64,000 bases of DNA from Auanema rhodensis (Eukaryota; Animalia; Nematoda), in contig OZ059897.1 of NCBI GenBank assembly GCA_964057225.1, forward strand, positions 10,106,001-10,170,000. The letters run 5' to 3'. Shown here one piece after another: positions 52,882-63,542 of this stretch (positions within the stretch are counted from its first letter, which is position 1; every line of letters begins with the position of its first letter). Made by a program: the position numbers and the translations under genes. The notes under the pieces were generated by a model. The model was not told the DNA's origin, did not search any database, and saw nothing but the letters and a program-made list of their open reading frames with translations.

Positions 52882-53019
52882 TGTATGTAATAAAATTCTT
52901 TAAAAGATTTAAGAATAAAATTTATTAATACAACTATTTTTAAAAATAAATACATGTACAATGATAAAATTTTATAAATACAAATATATACAAGATAAAA
53001 ATTTATAAATTCAAATATA

Positions 53020-56000
53020 TTATTCACAATAACCGTAGGGTAAAGTACTATAATCTTGAAGATAACAAAGTTTATCCATTACGACTCTAGTACTTTTTGT
53101 CATATCCATTGTGGATATGGCACCGAGTTGCCTCTTTAACAAGGTTGTGTTGGTTTTTAAAACCAATTTCTCTCCATCCATAACGAGACCGCGAACCAGT
53201 CGCTCCATACTTTCAAAGTTTACCACTGACGCTGCCGTGTGGTCCAACGTCTGTAAATTATAAAATTATTTGAAAAGTCAAAGCTCGTACTTACCACTCC
53301 CTTTGCCTTTGTTACATATTTTACATCACCAGCTGCATTTACAAGTTTATAACTATAAACTTTTGCCGCTGGTGACACAAACTTGGTCATTGACCAACCA
53401 TCGGGTATTTCAGAGGTTAGTTTACCTAACCATTCACCCTTCATATCCTCAATTGGATCTGGCTCATCCAGGCACCTTTGATAAATTAGTGAATCCGTGT
53501 CTGAATAATGTAAGTTTAAATTGAATACAAAGTATAACATTACCTGTATACACCAAATTCTTTCCAATTTTCTCCATTGCCTTATACAATAGTAGCCTTG
53601 CATGAGCGGTTGTATAGGCCGCAATAGCTACATTTGTAAAAGGCGGTGGTGCCAAATGTGAATCCTCTGGTACTGTTGTGCAGTACGCAACATTATCCAC
53701 AATTTTGAACCCAGTGAGTTCCCTTGCAGGATCAGTAATGATCCTACCAATTTCTGGGTCCTCAACACCAATAATCTTGGTTTGGGCTTTATCAGGTCTT
53801 TGACCCATTTTACCCCAGACACTATAAGCAAATTTGTAATGTATTGTTTTAAAAAGTTTACAAACCTATTTAGCTGCAGTTTGGCAATGCTACGCATGGC
53901 AGCATTCTTCTCACTTTTATTGCTCTCCAGAGCAACACCAGTGTTCTCCTCGTGCTCTTGGAGATAAATCACCTGTAAAATTCTATTTAATGTGATACTT
54001 TTGTTAAAACATACCTTTTCTTCCTCTGTCATGTTTGGCTTTGGCCAGCCCGACGCCTCTTGTTTAATTTTTATGTACTTTTGTACAAACTCTTTAAACA
54101 GGCCGCCTTGTTGCCATTCTTCCCAGTGCCACACCTCATGCACATTAAGCACTTTATAGCCACGTTGTATGGCACACTCGAGCTCAACATGTGTCACGGT
54201 TAGATGCAGCTTTCTAGCATTTACATCATTCTGGTGCTCACATGTTACATTTTTACTTTTGACTGCACAAGTGCGGCAGTTTGTAAAAATAAGTTTACCG
54301 GCAATACGTGTGCCTAATACAGGGTACAGCAAATTTGTGGGTGCAAGCACGTCACATTTTACTAGCCCCTTGTATGGGCAACATGTCTCAAAGCTTTTGA
54401 AACCCTCAGTAATAACTTTGGGATTACCTACAGGGTAATAGGCATCAAAAGCGGTGACATATGGATATAGTGAACAAAAGTCCACATACTCGAGCGAGTA
54501 TCTATCCGAAGCTTGTGCCAAAAGCTTATATGTCTGGGTGCGGCCACCGGTAAAGGCATCTCTAGGTGCCAAGCGTGTAACAACATTTGTTTCACGCATA
54601 AATTTCGCCATTTCTTCATTGGCCGAAATTTGTGCATTAATTTCGTGCTCCCACACTGTGGTAACACTAATGCCTTGGCTTTGAATTGCTTCAAGCCTTT
54701 TCATGGTTTTATCATAAACCTAAATTTTAAAAATTAAAATGATTAAAAAAGTCACAATTACCTCTTCCATTGTTTCACCATTTCTGCCTGGTGCTATAGC
54801 GCTCTTGTTGGTGCACTGGGGGCAACCATGGTAAATACAACCATTAATCTACAAAAATTTGCACTTTTTACATTTATTACAAATTACTCACCTCATAGCC
54901 ATGATTGGCAACGGGGTCATAAGCATCGAGTAGATAGCGATGGCCATCTACTCTCACTGCAAATTCACCACCATTAAGCTTATGCATTAATGGGCGGCCC
55001 AATCCTTGTTCTAGCCATTTTATATACTTTATGGCTATTATGCTCTGCTTTTGACCGGCATAATAACCAGTCTCGGGCAGAATACCCACTTGGTTCTCTT
55101 TAATGTGGTTCATTTTCAACTGTAATATACTAGTTTTGAAAATGCTTGTATTTGAAAAAACTTGCCTGGAATAAAGAGAAACTGGCAAATGTCATACACT
55201 GTATGACAGGGTTCCAGCCAGTGGTGGCGGTTGCCAACTTCATGTAAACTTTCATACAGTTGGTTAAAATACGGACATCTGTCCTACAATATTCCAAAAG
55301 CTCTTCATCAAAATCAAACGCTCTTTGATTACGCTCTTCATACCAAATATTGAATGAAGCTAGGTCTTCTGCTTTCATTCTAGCAGTACAATAGTACTGT
55401 TTTGGTGGTAAAGATGGTAACACTTTGCCATAATTTATTGGATGGTTAAAGAGGTAAGGAAACTGTCCTTTACTCATATAAGGTACACCAAATGCCTTGG
55501 GTAACGCTGATAGGGGTAAAGGCACTAATAAATAACTATCTTTAAAATATAAATGATTAAATTTTTGACCTCTTAAAGGCTTGACAACCATGCTTATAAT
55601 CTTGGTCCCATTTAAAATTGGATCAGGATATATACCACGGTTTATCAGCCTAGACACCAAGAAATGTATGTCAAAGCGTGAACCATTATGCGCAATCAAA
55701 ATTGCATTATCATTCTCAACAGAGTTGAGTAACCAATCAAGGAAACGATCTGTTACAGACCATTCACTATCACCTTGTTGATACCCAAAATGGCCCTCCT
55801 TGGTTGTGCATTTTTCACATGAGTTGGCATCTATACAACTTTCACAAAATTTATTATACACAACCATATTGGGCCATTGTTCATCTGCATATTCATGAAC
55901 ATTTGTACCGCTTTTTAACACAACCGTTTCAAAGTCATAGAATATAATCTTAAACAAGTAAGCATTACACTTGTAAAGATGTAAAATACAAACCTTGTAT

Positions 56001-58219
56001 TTTTCTTGCCTCTTTTTTAACTGATCCTTCTTCTTGTCGTTAGGTGGTACCCAACAACAAGAATGATCTTCAGGCTTTGTTTGTCCACACTTTTTGCAAA
56101 ATTTCTCATTGCAATTGTGCGGTCTATCTGCACGCACCCTGTGATAATGATCACAGTTTTCACATGTCTGAATTTAGTCTTGTAAAATTTTATATATATT
56201 TTTTAAATTACCTTAAACATTCGACATGTTTTTCTAATATGCCTGTCAAAGCATTGACGAGTTTTAAACAAAACTCTACAACTATCACATCTTATGCTAC
56301 TTTCAACCACATTTTCCATCGAATTACATTTTAAGGTGTGGCATTTCTTACACTTGGCTTTACATCTATGCAACACTGTTTTGTAAGATAATTTACAGTG
56401 TTGGCATATAATACCATCAAAAATCTGTGATCTACTACAAGTTGTAATACAGTCATAATGATTATTTCGGTAGCCTAGTGTTACCACTTTGCTAGCCGTT
56501 TCATTAAAGATACGCTGAATAGCGTACATACGCTGTCCAGGTGGCCTAGCGTATACTACAAACTTATAGTCTGTATTACAACTTGCAATAATATTTAAAT
56601 GGTTCAAATTATAATTTGGTAAATGTACAGAAATACCACACCTATTCAATAAATTGATATGATGTGGTTGATTTGGCAACAAGATGTAGTTGCGACGAAG
56701 ATTTTGAATCCTCCGCTTCTCAACAACATCTTCTGCTGCCTCTTCATCGGCTCTCCACATTCCCACAACTGCTGCTCTAGCCAGGCAATGTGTATCAGTG
56801 TTCTCAATTGTGCCAGGTATTTTGAGTTCGGCATCAAAATAGAAACCAACTCTACCTTCACCAGGCATCAGGCTTGGTTGCACTGGTCTCTCATCAAACA
56901 CATACATTTCAATATTCATTGCCTGGCTAATTACAGCCTCTCGCTTTGATTGCTGCACCTTGCTGATGGCATTCATGATGGCAACGCCATCCAAATGCTC
57001 CCTTCTACGGAAATCCATAAATATGGATCCCTTTTCAAAGGATGGGTGCTCTATTGATAAACAAAATAGCGCTTTTTGTTTATCTGGCACACCACTTTCA
57101 GCAAGGCACCGATCAAGAAACTCATTAAATAGCCGCGGCATGACAACATGCATTGGCTCATTAATGGCTTCCAAATGTGGGAACGTGAGCGATCTAACGA
57201 CCACGTTGGTGAACCGACCAGTTCGTTTTATGCGTCGGTGTGACCACTATAATACATATTTTTTATAATGGTTATACGCTTTTAATTTAAATATAAATAA
57301 TTTTTGTTTATAACTTTTAATAAATTTACTTTTCTTTAAATTATTTTTATATTCTTTTATTAAAATTAAAAGGTATTTGATTTTTAAATATAAAGATTTT
57401 TTTTTTTATCAACTTTGAAAAAACTTTTATAAACATTTGTTAATGTTTAAAAATTAATGAGATGGTGTTTTATTATTTTACTAGTTCAAAATGTTTGAAA
57501 TATTTATAGTTTGTAAGAATTCAAAATTGGTTGAAAGAAAGATAGATAGTGAGATGAAATGTAAAGATTTTAAAATGAATGCTGTTCAAAAGAATGAATA
57601 TGTAAATTTCAAAATACTTGCAATTTGTTTGATAAAAGATATAGATTGAGATGAAATGTAAAGATGAGAAAGAGAGAATTTTATGAATGCAATTGAAAAA
57701 GAGAAATAAATTTCAAAATGTTTTCAAAATATGCAACTGGAGCAAGAGAAAATTTCATGTTTCAAAAGATATATTATGAAATGATATGTAAATAAAAGAT
57801 CGCACCTCTATTTTACAGACATCGTTGAATGCCGCTCCATATCCGACTTGCCCTCCACTGGTTGATGGGGTAGCGGGATCCCATTCTCTTAAAAAGAAAA
57901 AACTAATTGTTATAATTTTTAATATCGCTTACTCATCACTGTCATCCAAGGTTATTACTTCAATAACCCTTGATGATGAGGGCCCACTGTTAAAAGTGGG
58001 TGATGTGGGCTCACAGAGCTCGATCCCACCAGCCTCGGTAAACTTTATACGTTTACTAAAAAAACAAAATATATATAAAGATTCAAAATATTGTTAAATT
58101 ACCTGAGCTGATTAATCTCTTCATAATCAAATCCTAGCTCTTCACATAAACGTTTATAACTGAAAAAAGAAAAAGTTTACAAACAAATAAACAAAAAGAC
58201 ACAACCTATTAGCAGCCAT
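53020..58219 (-). CDS. Protein-primed DNA polymerase B, 14 exons, 1369 aa (TP region, OTU-like, zinc fingers, 3'-5' exonuclease, Vsr-like insert, polymerase)
   Basis: Exons 58219-58206, 58159-58103, 58055-57933, 57887-57806, 57246-56212, 56167-55994, 55948-55166, 55119-54892, 54848-54762, 54719-54015, 53972-53866, 53821-53544, 53500-53295, 53250-53020 sum to 4110 nt; motifs YDFET, AHNGSRFD, YCRTDV, DFCSLYP, KLQLNSVWGK, YTDTDS, KVY, TLPYGY; the first four exons are less certain. Confidence 0.92.
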
Positions 58220-58426
58220 TGTACCTTGATATAATGAATATATCAGTCTACACATTGCTGTTGGCATTGTAATTTGTTATGTAACATGGATTTGGGTACA
58301 GCTGTCAAAACTAGCAGTTGCGATAAACTTTAAAATAAATAAGCTTATTGAATACATCTGTTTTTATTGTCCCCATCGGATTAATTTTTGTTATTAGTTC
58401 TTATTAAATTAACTTTATGCGTTTCA

Positions 58427-59110
58427 TTGAGGTCAGCGCAACTGTTTGTTAATCTTATTGTATTTACCTTCAATGTGTGCTCTATTTAGTTATTGTATTG
58501 TTATATTAGTAAAATAAAGTTTAAAACTAATCTTTTATTATAATTTGAAACCTTTACTTGTTAGAATAAATATAATTAATAACAATTTGTAATTTCAAAA
58601 ATTAATAATTTAATGTCGTTCTTATCGAATTAACTTTCGATATGTGTTCCATTAAATTTTGGTATTTTATATCGTTCTTATCGAATTAACCTTCGATATG
58701 TGTTCCATTAAATTTTGTATTTCATATCGTTCTTATCGAATTAACCTTCGATATGTGTTCCATTGAATTTTGTATTTCATATCGTTCTTATCGAATTAAC
58801 CTTCGATATGTGTTCCATTGAATTACCCATAACAAGTACGGTGAACAAAACGATATACATGCAAAAATTTTACTGTTCTTTAAAATAAAAACAATACAAA
58901 CACAATACAATAAAAAATAAACAAAATAAGTAAACAAACATTATTAATAAATTTAATAAATAAATAAAATTTAAAAAACAAATTTACATATTTAAATATT
59001 TAAATATTTAAATATAATTTATATATAAAATTTAAAGTTTAAATAAAATTTATATATATAAAATTTAAATATAATTTAAATATTTAAAGTTTAAATATAA
59101 TTTATATATA
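58427..59110 (-). repeat. Maverick right TIR, inner part (cut by Tc1 at a TA)
   Basis: Reverse complement of 44003-44707 with few differences. Confidence 0.95.
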
Positions 59111-60469
59111 CAGTCATGTGTAAAAGAAAAAGGGCAAAACTTTCGAATGGTCTCCTGAAGTAGTGAGACTACAAAAAATTAAAACTATGAAAAATAGAAA
59201 TGGTGAGCAGACCACAAATCGAAAAATGCAAAAAAAACCAAAAAATTAAGACTTTATTAATATTTTGTCGGATACCCGAAATTATCAATCACAGCTTTGA
59301 GCCTTCTATTCATCGAATTGACGAGCTTCTTCAAAATACCCGGAGAAGTTTCTCGCCAGAGGATTCTTAGGCATCTGAACTTCTCGTCCTTGTTCGATGA
59401 CGGAAATTGAGCCGCCCTTCTTCCCAAATCTCTCCATAGATGTTCGATCGGATTCAGATCGGGCGATTGACTAGGCCAGGGTAAGAGAGTGACCCTATTC
59501 TGCTGAAACCACTGTTTAGTTGAATGAGCAGTGTGCTTTGGGTCGTTGTCCTGCTGGAAGATGAATCTATTCCGCGTGCGGAATCGATCCAAAGCATACG
59601 GCAGGAAGACTTCAGAGAGAATATTCTGATAGTCGGAAGCACACATGCGTCCTTCAATCCTAAACAGTGGTCCAACTTCCTCGCTGGTGAAACAACCCCA
59701 CACCATTACGTTTCCACCTCCATGTTTGAAGGAAGGCTTTAAATAACGGTGGTTGTAACGCTCACCAACGGGCCTTCTGACAAAGCCAGGTCCATCATTG
59801 CCAAAAAGGCAGAATTTGCTCTCATCTGTGAAGATGACTCTGCTCCAATCTTCTGGTGTCCAATGAAGATGAGCCCGAGCAAATTCTAGCCTCGCTTGCC
59901 GGTTCTTGGCACTAACAAGCGGTTTGATGGCAGGTCTTCTTGCTCTCAAACCACGCTTCAGGAGACGCCTTCTAATATTGCTAGGGTCAAGATTGACCCT
60001 ATACATCATAGTAAGGTGTTCTGTCAGCTGTTTTGACGTCAATTCTGGATGACGTTGAGCCAAGCGGACCATGGTGTTGTCCTGTGATGGTGTGGTCTTC
60101 GGTGGGCGCCCTGGTTTTGTCTTCTTTATCATTGCTACACCTTGGCTGTGATCCTTGATGATGGCTTGAACGCAGCTCTTCGAGATAGCCGTAAAAGCAG
60201 CAATTTTTCGGGTTGCAAACCCTTCGTCTTTGAGCCTGAGGACTGTCTCCCTCATCTCGTTGCTGTATCTTCTGCCTTGAACCATCTAAATTTGCATATT
60301 AAAAATGAAGCTGAATCATTTTAATTTCCAAAATAATACATTTCAAAGTTAGTTTTAAAAAATGAATTCAGCTCCATTTTTTAGCAACATTTCAGATTCC
60401 TAAATTGTAGTCTGAGCTCCAGATTCTAATATTTTCTAAATCTTGCCCTTTTTCTTTTACACATGACTG
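59111..60469 (-). mobile_element. Tc1-family DNA transposon, intact copy (1359 bp)
   Basis: 27-bp TIRs CAGTCATGTGTAAAAGAAAAAGGGCAA with TA on both sides. Confidence 0.97.
59257..60285 (-). CDS. Tc1 DD34E transposase (342 aa)
   Basis: GRPPKT, FTDESKF, QQDNDPKH, SPDLNPIEHLW; 34 residues between the second D and E. Confidence 0.97.
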   Translation of the reverse strand: MVQGRRYSNEMRETVLRLKDEGFATRKIAAFTAISKSCVQAIIKDHSQGVAMIKKTKPGRPPKTTPSQDNTMVRLAQRHPELTSKQLTEHLTMMYRVNLDPSNIRRRLLKRGLRARRPAIKPLVSAKNRQARLEFARAHLHWTPEDWSRVIFTDESKFCLFGNDGPGFVRRPVGERYNHRYLKPSFKHGGGNVMVWGCFTSEEVGPLFRIEGRMCASDYQNILSEVFLPYALDRFRTRNRFIFQQDNDPKHTAHSTKQWFQQNRVTLLPWPSQSPDLNPIEHLWRDLGRRAAQFPSSNKDEKFRCLRILWRETSPGILKKLVNSMNRRLKAVIDNFGYPTKY

Positions 60470-60995
60470 TATGTGCTGCTGCTATGAAAGAATCTCTTTC
60501 AATTCAGGGAGTTAATATTTTTTTTAATTACTTAGATCTTTTCAGATCTCTAGTATTAAGCTTCTCCATAAGTTTTATCCTTGCTGGAATGAGGGGTTGC
60601 CTTACATATTAGTATCTAGGTTGGTAAATCATGAAACGGGTGATGACAATGAGCACATTAATAAGTTAAAGGATGTAATAGGAAAAGGGAATCGAGGGAT
60701 AATTGAGGTATCTTTATTTTTTCTAACTTTATTATTTTTGGTTTGATTATATTCACAGGGGCCTAAAAGAGAAACCTATGGCGTATATAACGTTATAGGA
60801 AAAAAAGAGACATAGGGAGATTTTATATTACAGATGTGTTACATAGAGCCTTGTTTGCACAGTAAGTTTTTTTTTTCGCACAAGCAATACTTTCGATATA
60901 GCTCGCAAGATGGCAATCACAACATCCACTTGAAGACATTGGAAGGTACGGAAATCATGATGAGAGCATCCTGGAATATTGCGAACATAGCTGCG

Positions 60996-61334
60996 AGTAG
61001 AGAGCCGTGCAAAATTTACTAACCACGCCCCCAAACAGCTGTCAAAAACATACTTTTGGGGGCGTCAGCTGCTAAAAACATACTTTTGGGGCGCGTCAGC
61101 TGTCAAAAACATATTTTTGAGCGTCAGCTGTTAAAATCATATTTTGGGATCATGGTTCATGGATTCTCCTTTTTTAAATTTAAAAATCATGATTTAAAGC
61201 ATGATTTTTTTTTAAAATCAAATTTAAATATGCTTTTTCAAATGTATGTATATATTTTTAATTATTTTTAAATATATTAAGTAAAAATAAAAATCTTAAT
61301 TTTAAATATTTAAATTATATTTAAATTTTATATA
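60996..61334 (+). mobile_element. Displaced and inverted outer end of the Maverick right TIR
   Basis: AGTAGAGAG terminus preceded by GCTGCG, the reverse complement of the left TSD CGCAGC. Confidence 0.92.
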
Positions 61335-62677
61335 CAGTCATGTGTAAAAGAAAAAGGGCAAAACTTTCGAATGGTCTACTGAAGTAGTGAGACTACAAAA
61401 AATTAAAAACTATGAAAAATAGAAATGGTGAGCAGACCACAAATCGAAAAATGCAAAAAAAACCAAAAAATTAAGACTTTATTAATATTTTGTCGGATAC
61501 CCGAAATTATCAATCACAGCTTTGAGCCTTCTATTCATCGAATTGACGAGCTTCTTCAAAATACCCGGAGAAGTTTCTCGCCAGAGGATTCTTAGGCATC
61601 TGAACTTCTCGTCCTTGTTCGATGACGGAAATTTTCTTCTTCCCAAATCTCTCCATAGATGTTCGATCGGATTCAGATCGGGCGATTGACTAGGCCAGGG
61701 TAAGAGAGTGACCCTATTCTGCTGAAACCACTGTTTAGTTGTGCTTTGGGTCGTTGTCCTGCTGGAAGATGAATCTATTCCGCGTGCGGAATCGATCCAA
61801 AGCATACGGCAGGAAGACTTCAGAGAGAATATTCTGATAGTCGGAAGCACACATGCGTCCTTCAATCCTAAACAGTGGTCCAACTTCCTCGCTGGTGAAA
61901 CAACCCCACACCATTACGTTTCCACCTCCATGTTTGAAGGAAGGCTTTAAATAACGGTGGTTGTAACGCTCACCAACGGGCCTTCTGACAAAGCCAGGTC
62001 CATCATTGCCAAAAAGGCAGAATTTGCTCTCATCTGTGAAGATGACTCTGCTCCAATCTTCTGGTGTCCAATGAAGATGAGCCCGAGCAAATTCTAGCCT
62101 CGCTTGCCGGTTCTTGGCACTAACAAGCGGTTTGATGGCAGGTCTTCTTGCTCTCAAACCACGCTTCAGGAGACGCCTTCTAATATTGCTAGGGTCAAGA
62201 TTGACCCTATACATCATAGTAAGGTGTTCTGTCAGCTGTTTTGACGTCAATTCTGGATGACGTTGAGCCAAGCGGACCATGGTGTTGTCCTGTGATGGTG
62301 TGGTCTTCGGTGGGCGCCCTGGTTTTGTCTTCTTTATCATTGCTACTCCTTGGCTGTGATCCTTGATGATGGCTTGAACGCAGCTCTTCGAGATAGCCGT
62401 AAAAGCAGCAATTTTTCGGGTTGCAAACCCTTCGTCTTTGAGCCTGAGGACTGTCTCCCTCATCTCGTTGCTGTATCTTCTGCCTTGAACCATCTAAATT
62501 TGCATATTAAAAATGAAGCTGAATCATTTTAATTTCCAAAATAATACATTTCAAAGTTAGTTTTAAAAAATGAATTCAGCTCCATTTTTTAGCAACATTT
62601 CAGATTCCTAAATTGTAGTCTGAGCTCCAGATTCTAATATTTTCTAAATCTTGCCCTTTTTCTTTTACACATGACTG
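61335..62677 (-). mobile_element. Tc1 copy 2, defective (frameshifted transposase 61482-62493)
   Basis: Same TIRs as copy 1; 11-bp deletion after QQDNDPKH and a net 6-bp deletion after DLGRR. Confidence 0.95.
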
Positions 62678-63203
62678 TATGTGCTGCTGCTATGAAAGAA
62701 TCTCTTTCAATTCAGGGAGTTAATATTTTTTTTAATTACTTAGATCTTTTCAGATCTCTAGTATTAAGCTTCTCCATAAGTTTTATCCTTGCTGGAATGA
62801 GGGGTTGCCTTACATATTAGTATCTAGGTTGGTAAATCATGAAACGGGTGATGACAATGAGCACATTAATAAGTTAAAGGATGTAATAGGAAAAGGGAAT
62901 CGAGGGATAATTGAGGTATCTTTATTTTTTCTAACTTTATTATTTTTGGTTTGATTATATTCACAGGGGCCTAAAAGAGAAACCTATGGCGTATATAACG
63001 TTATAGGAAAAAAAGAGACATAGGGAGATTTTATATTACAGATGTGTTACATAGAGCCTTGTTTGCACAGTAAGTTTTTTTTTTCGCACAAGCAATACTT
63101 TCGATATAGCTCGCAAGATGGCAATCACAACATCCACTTGAAGACATTGGAAGGTACGGAAATCATGATGAGAGCATCCTGGAATATTGCGAACATAGCT
63201 GCG

Positions 63204-63542
63204 AGTAGAGAGCCGTGCAAAATTTACTAACCACGCCCCCAAACAGCTGTCAAAAACATACTTTTGGGGGCGTCAGCTGCTAAAAACATACTTTTGGGGC
63301 GCGTCAGCTGTCAAAAACATATTTTTGAGCGTCAGCTGTTAAAATCATATTTTGGGATCATGGTTCATGGATTCTCCTTTTTTAAATTTAAAAATCATGA
63401 TTTAAAGCATGATTTTTTTTTAAAATCAAATTTAAATATGCTTTTTCAAATGTATGTATATATTTTTAATTATTTTTAAATATATTAAGTAAAAATAAAA
63501 ATCTTAATTTTAAATATTTAAATTATATTTAAATTTTATATA
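63204..63542 (+). mobile_element. Duplicate of the displaced Maverick TIR end
   Basis: Appears identical to 60996-61334, offset 2208 bp. Confidence 0.92.

Larger units (their letters stand above)
43694..59110. mobile_element. Maverick/Polinton endogenous virus-like element (contiguous part; the outer 339 bp of the right TIR is displaced to 60996-61334)
   Basis: AGTAGAGAG terminus, ~1-kb TIRs, 6-bp TSD CGCAGC, and the full core set INT, ATPase, mCP, PRO, MCP, pPolB. Confidence 0.97.

Noticed and set aside
53020-57204. Fragmented pPolB ORFs as a frameshifted pseudogene or programmed frameshifting
   Set aside because: Every break coincides with a 42-46 nt GT(GC)-AG intron that restores frame and catalytic motifs
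49236-57268. Numerous short antisense or alternate-frame ORFs inside Maverick genes
   Set aside because: Shadows of well-supported genes, with no motifs
60996-61334. Left end of a second, independent Maverick
   Set aside because: Its flank is the reverse complement of the first element's TSD, and its end complements the inner right TIR at the same TA
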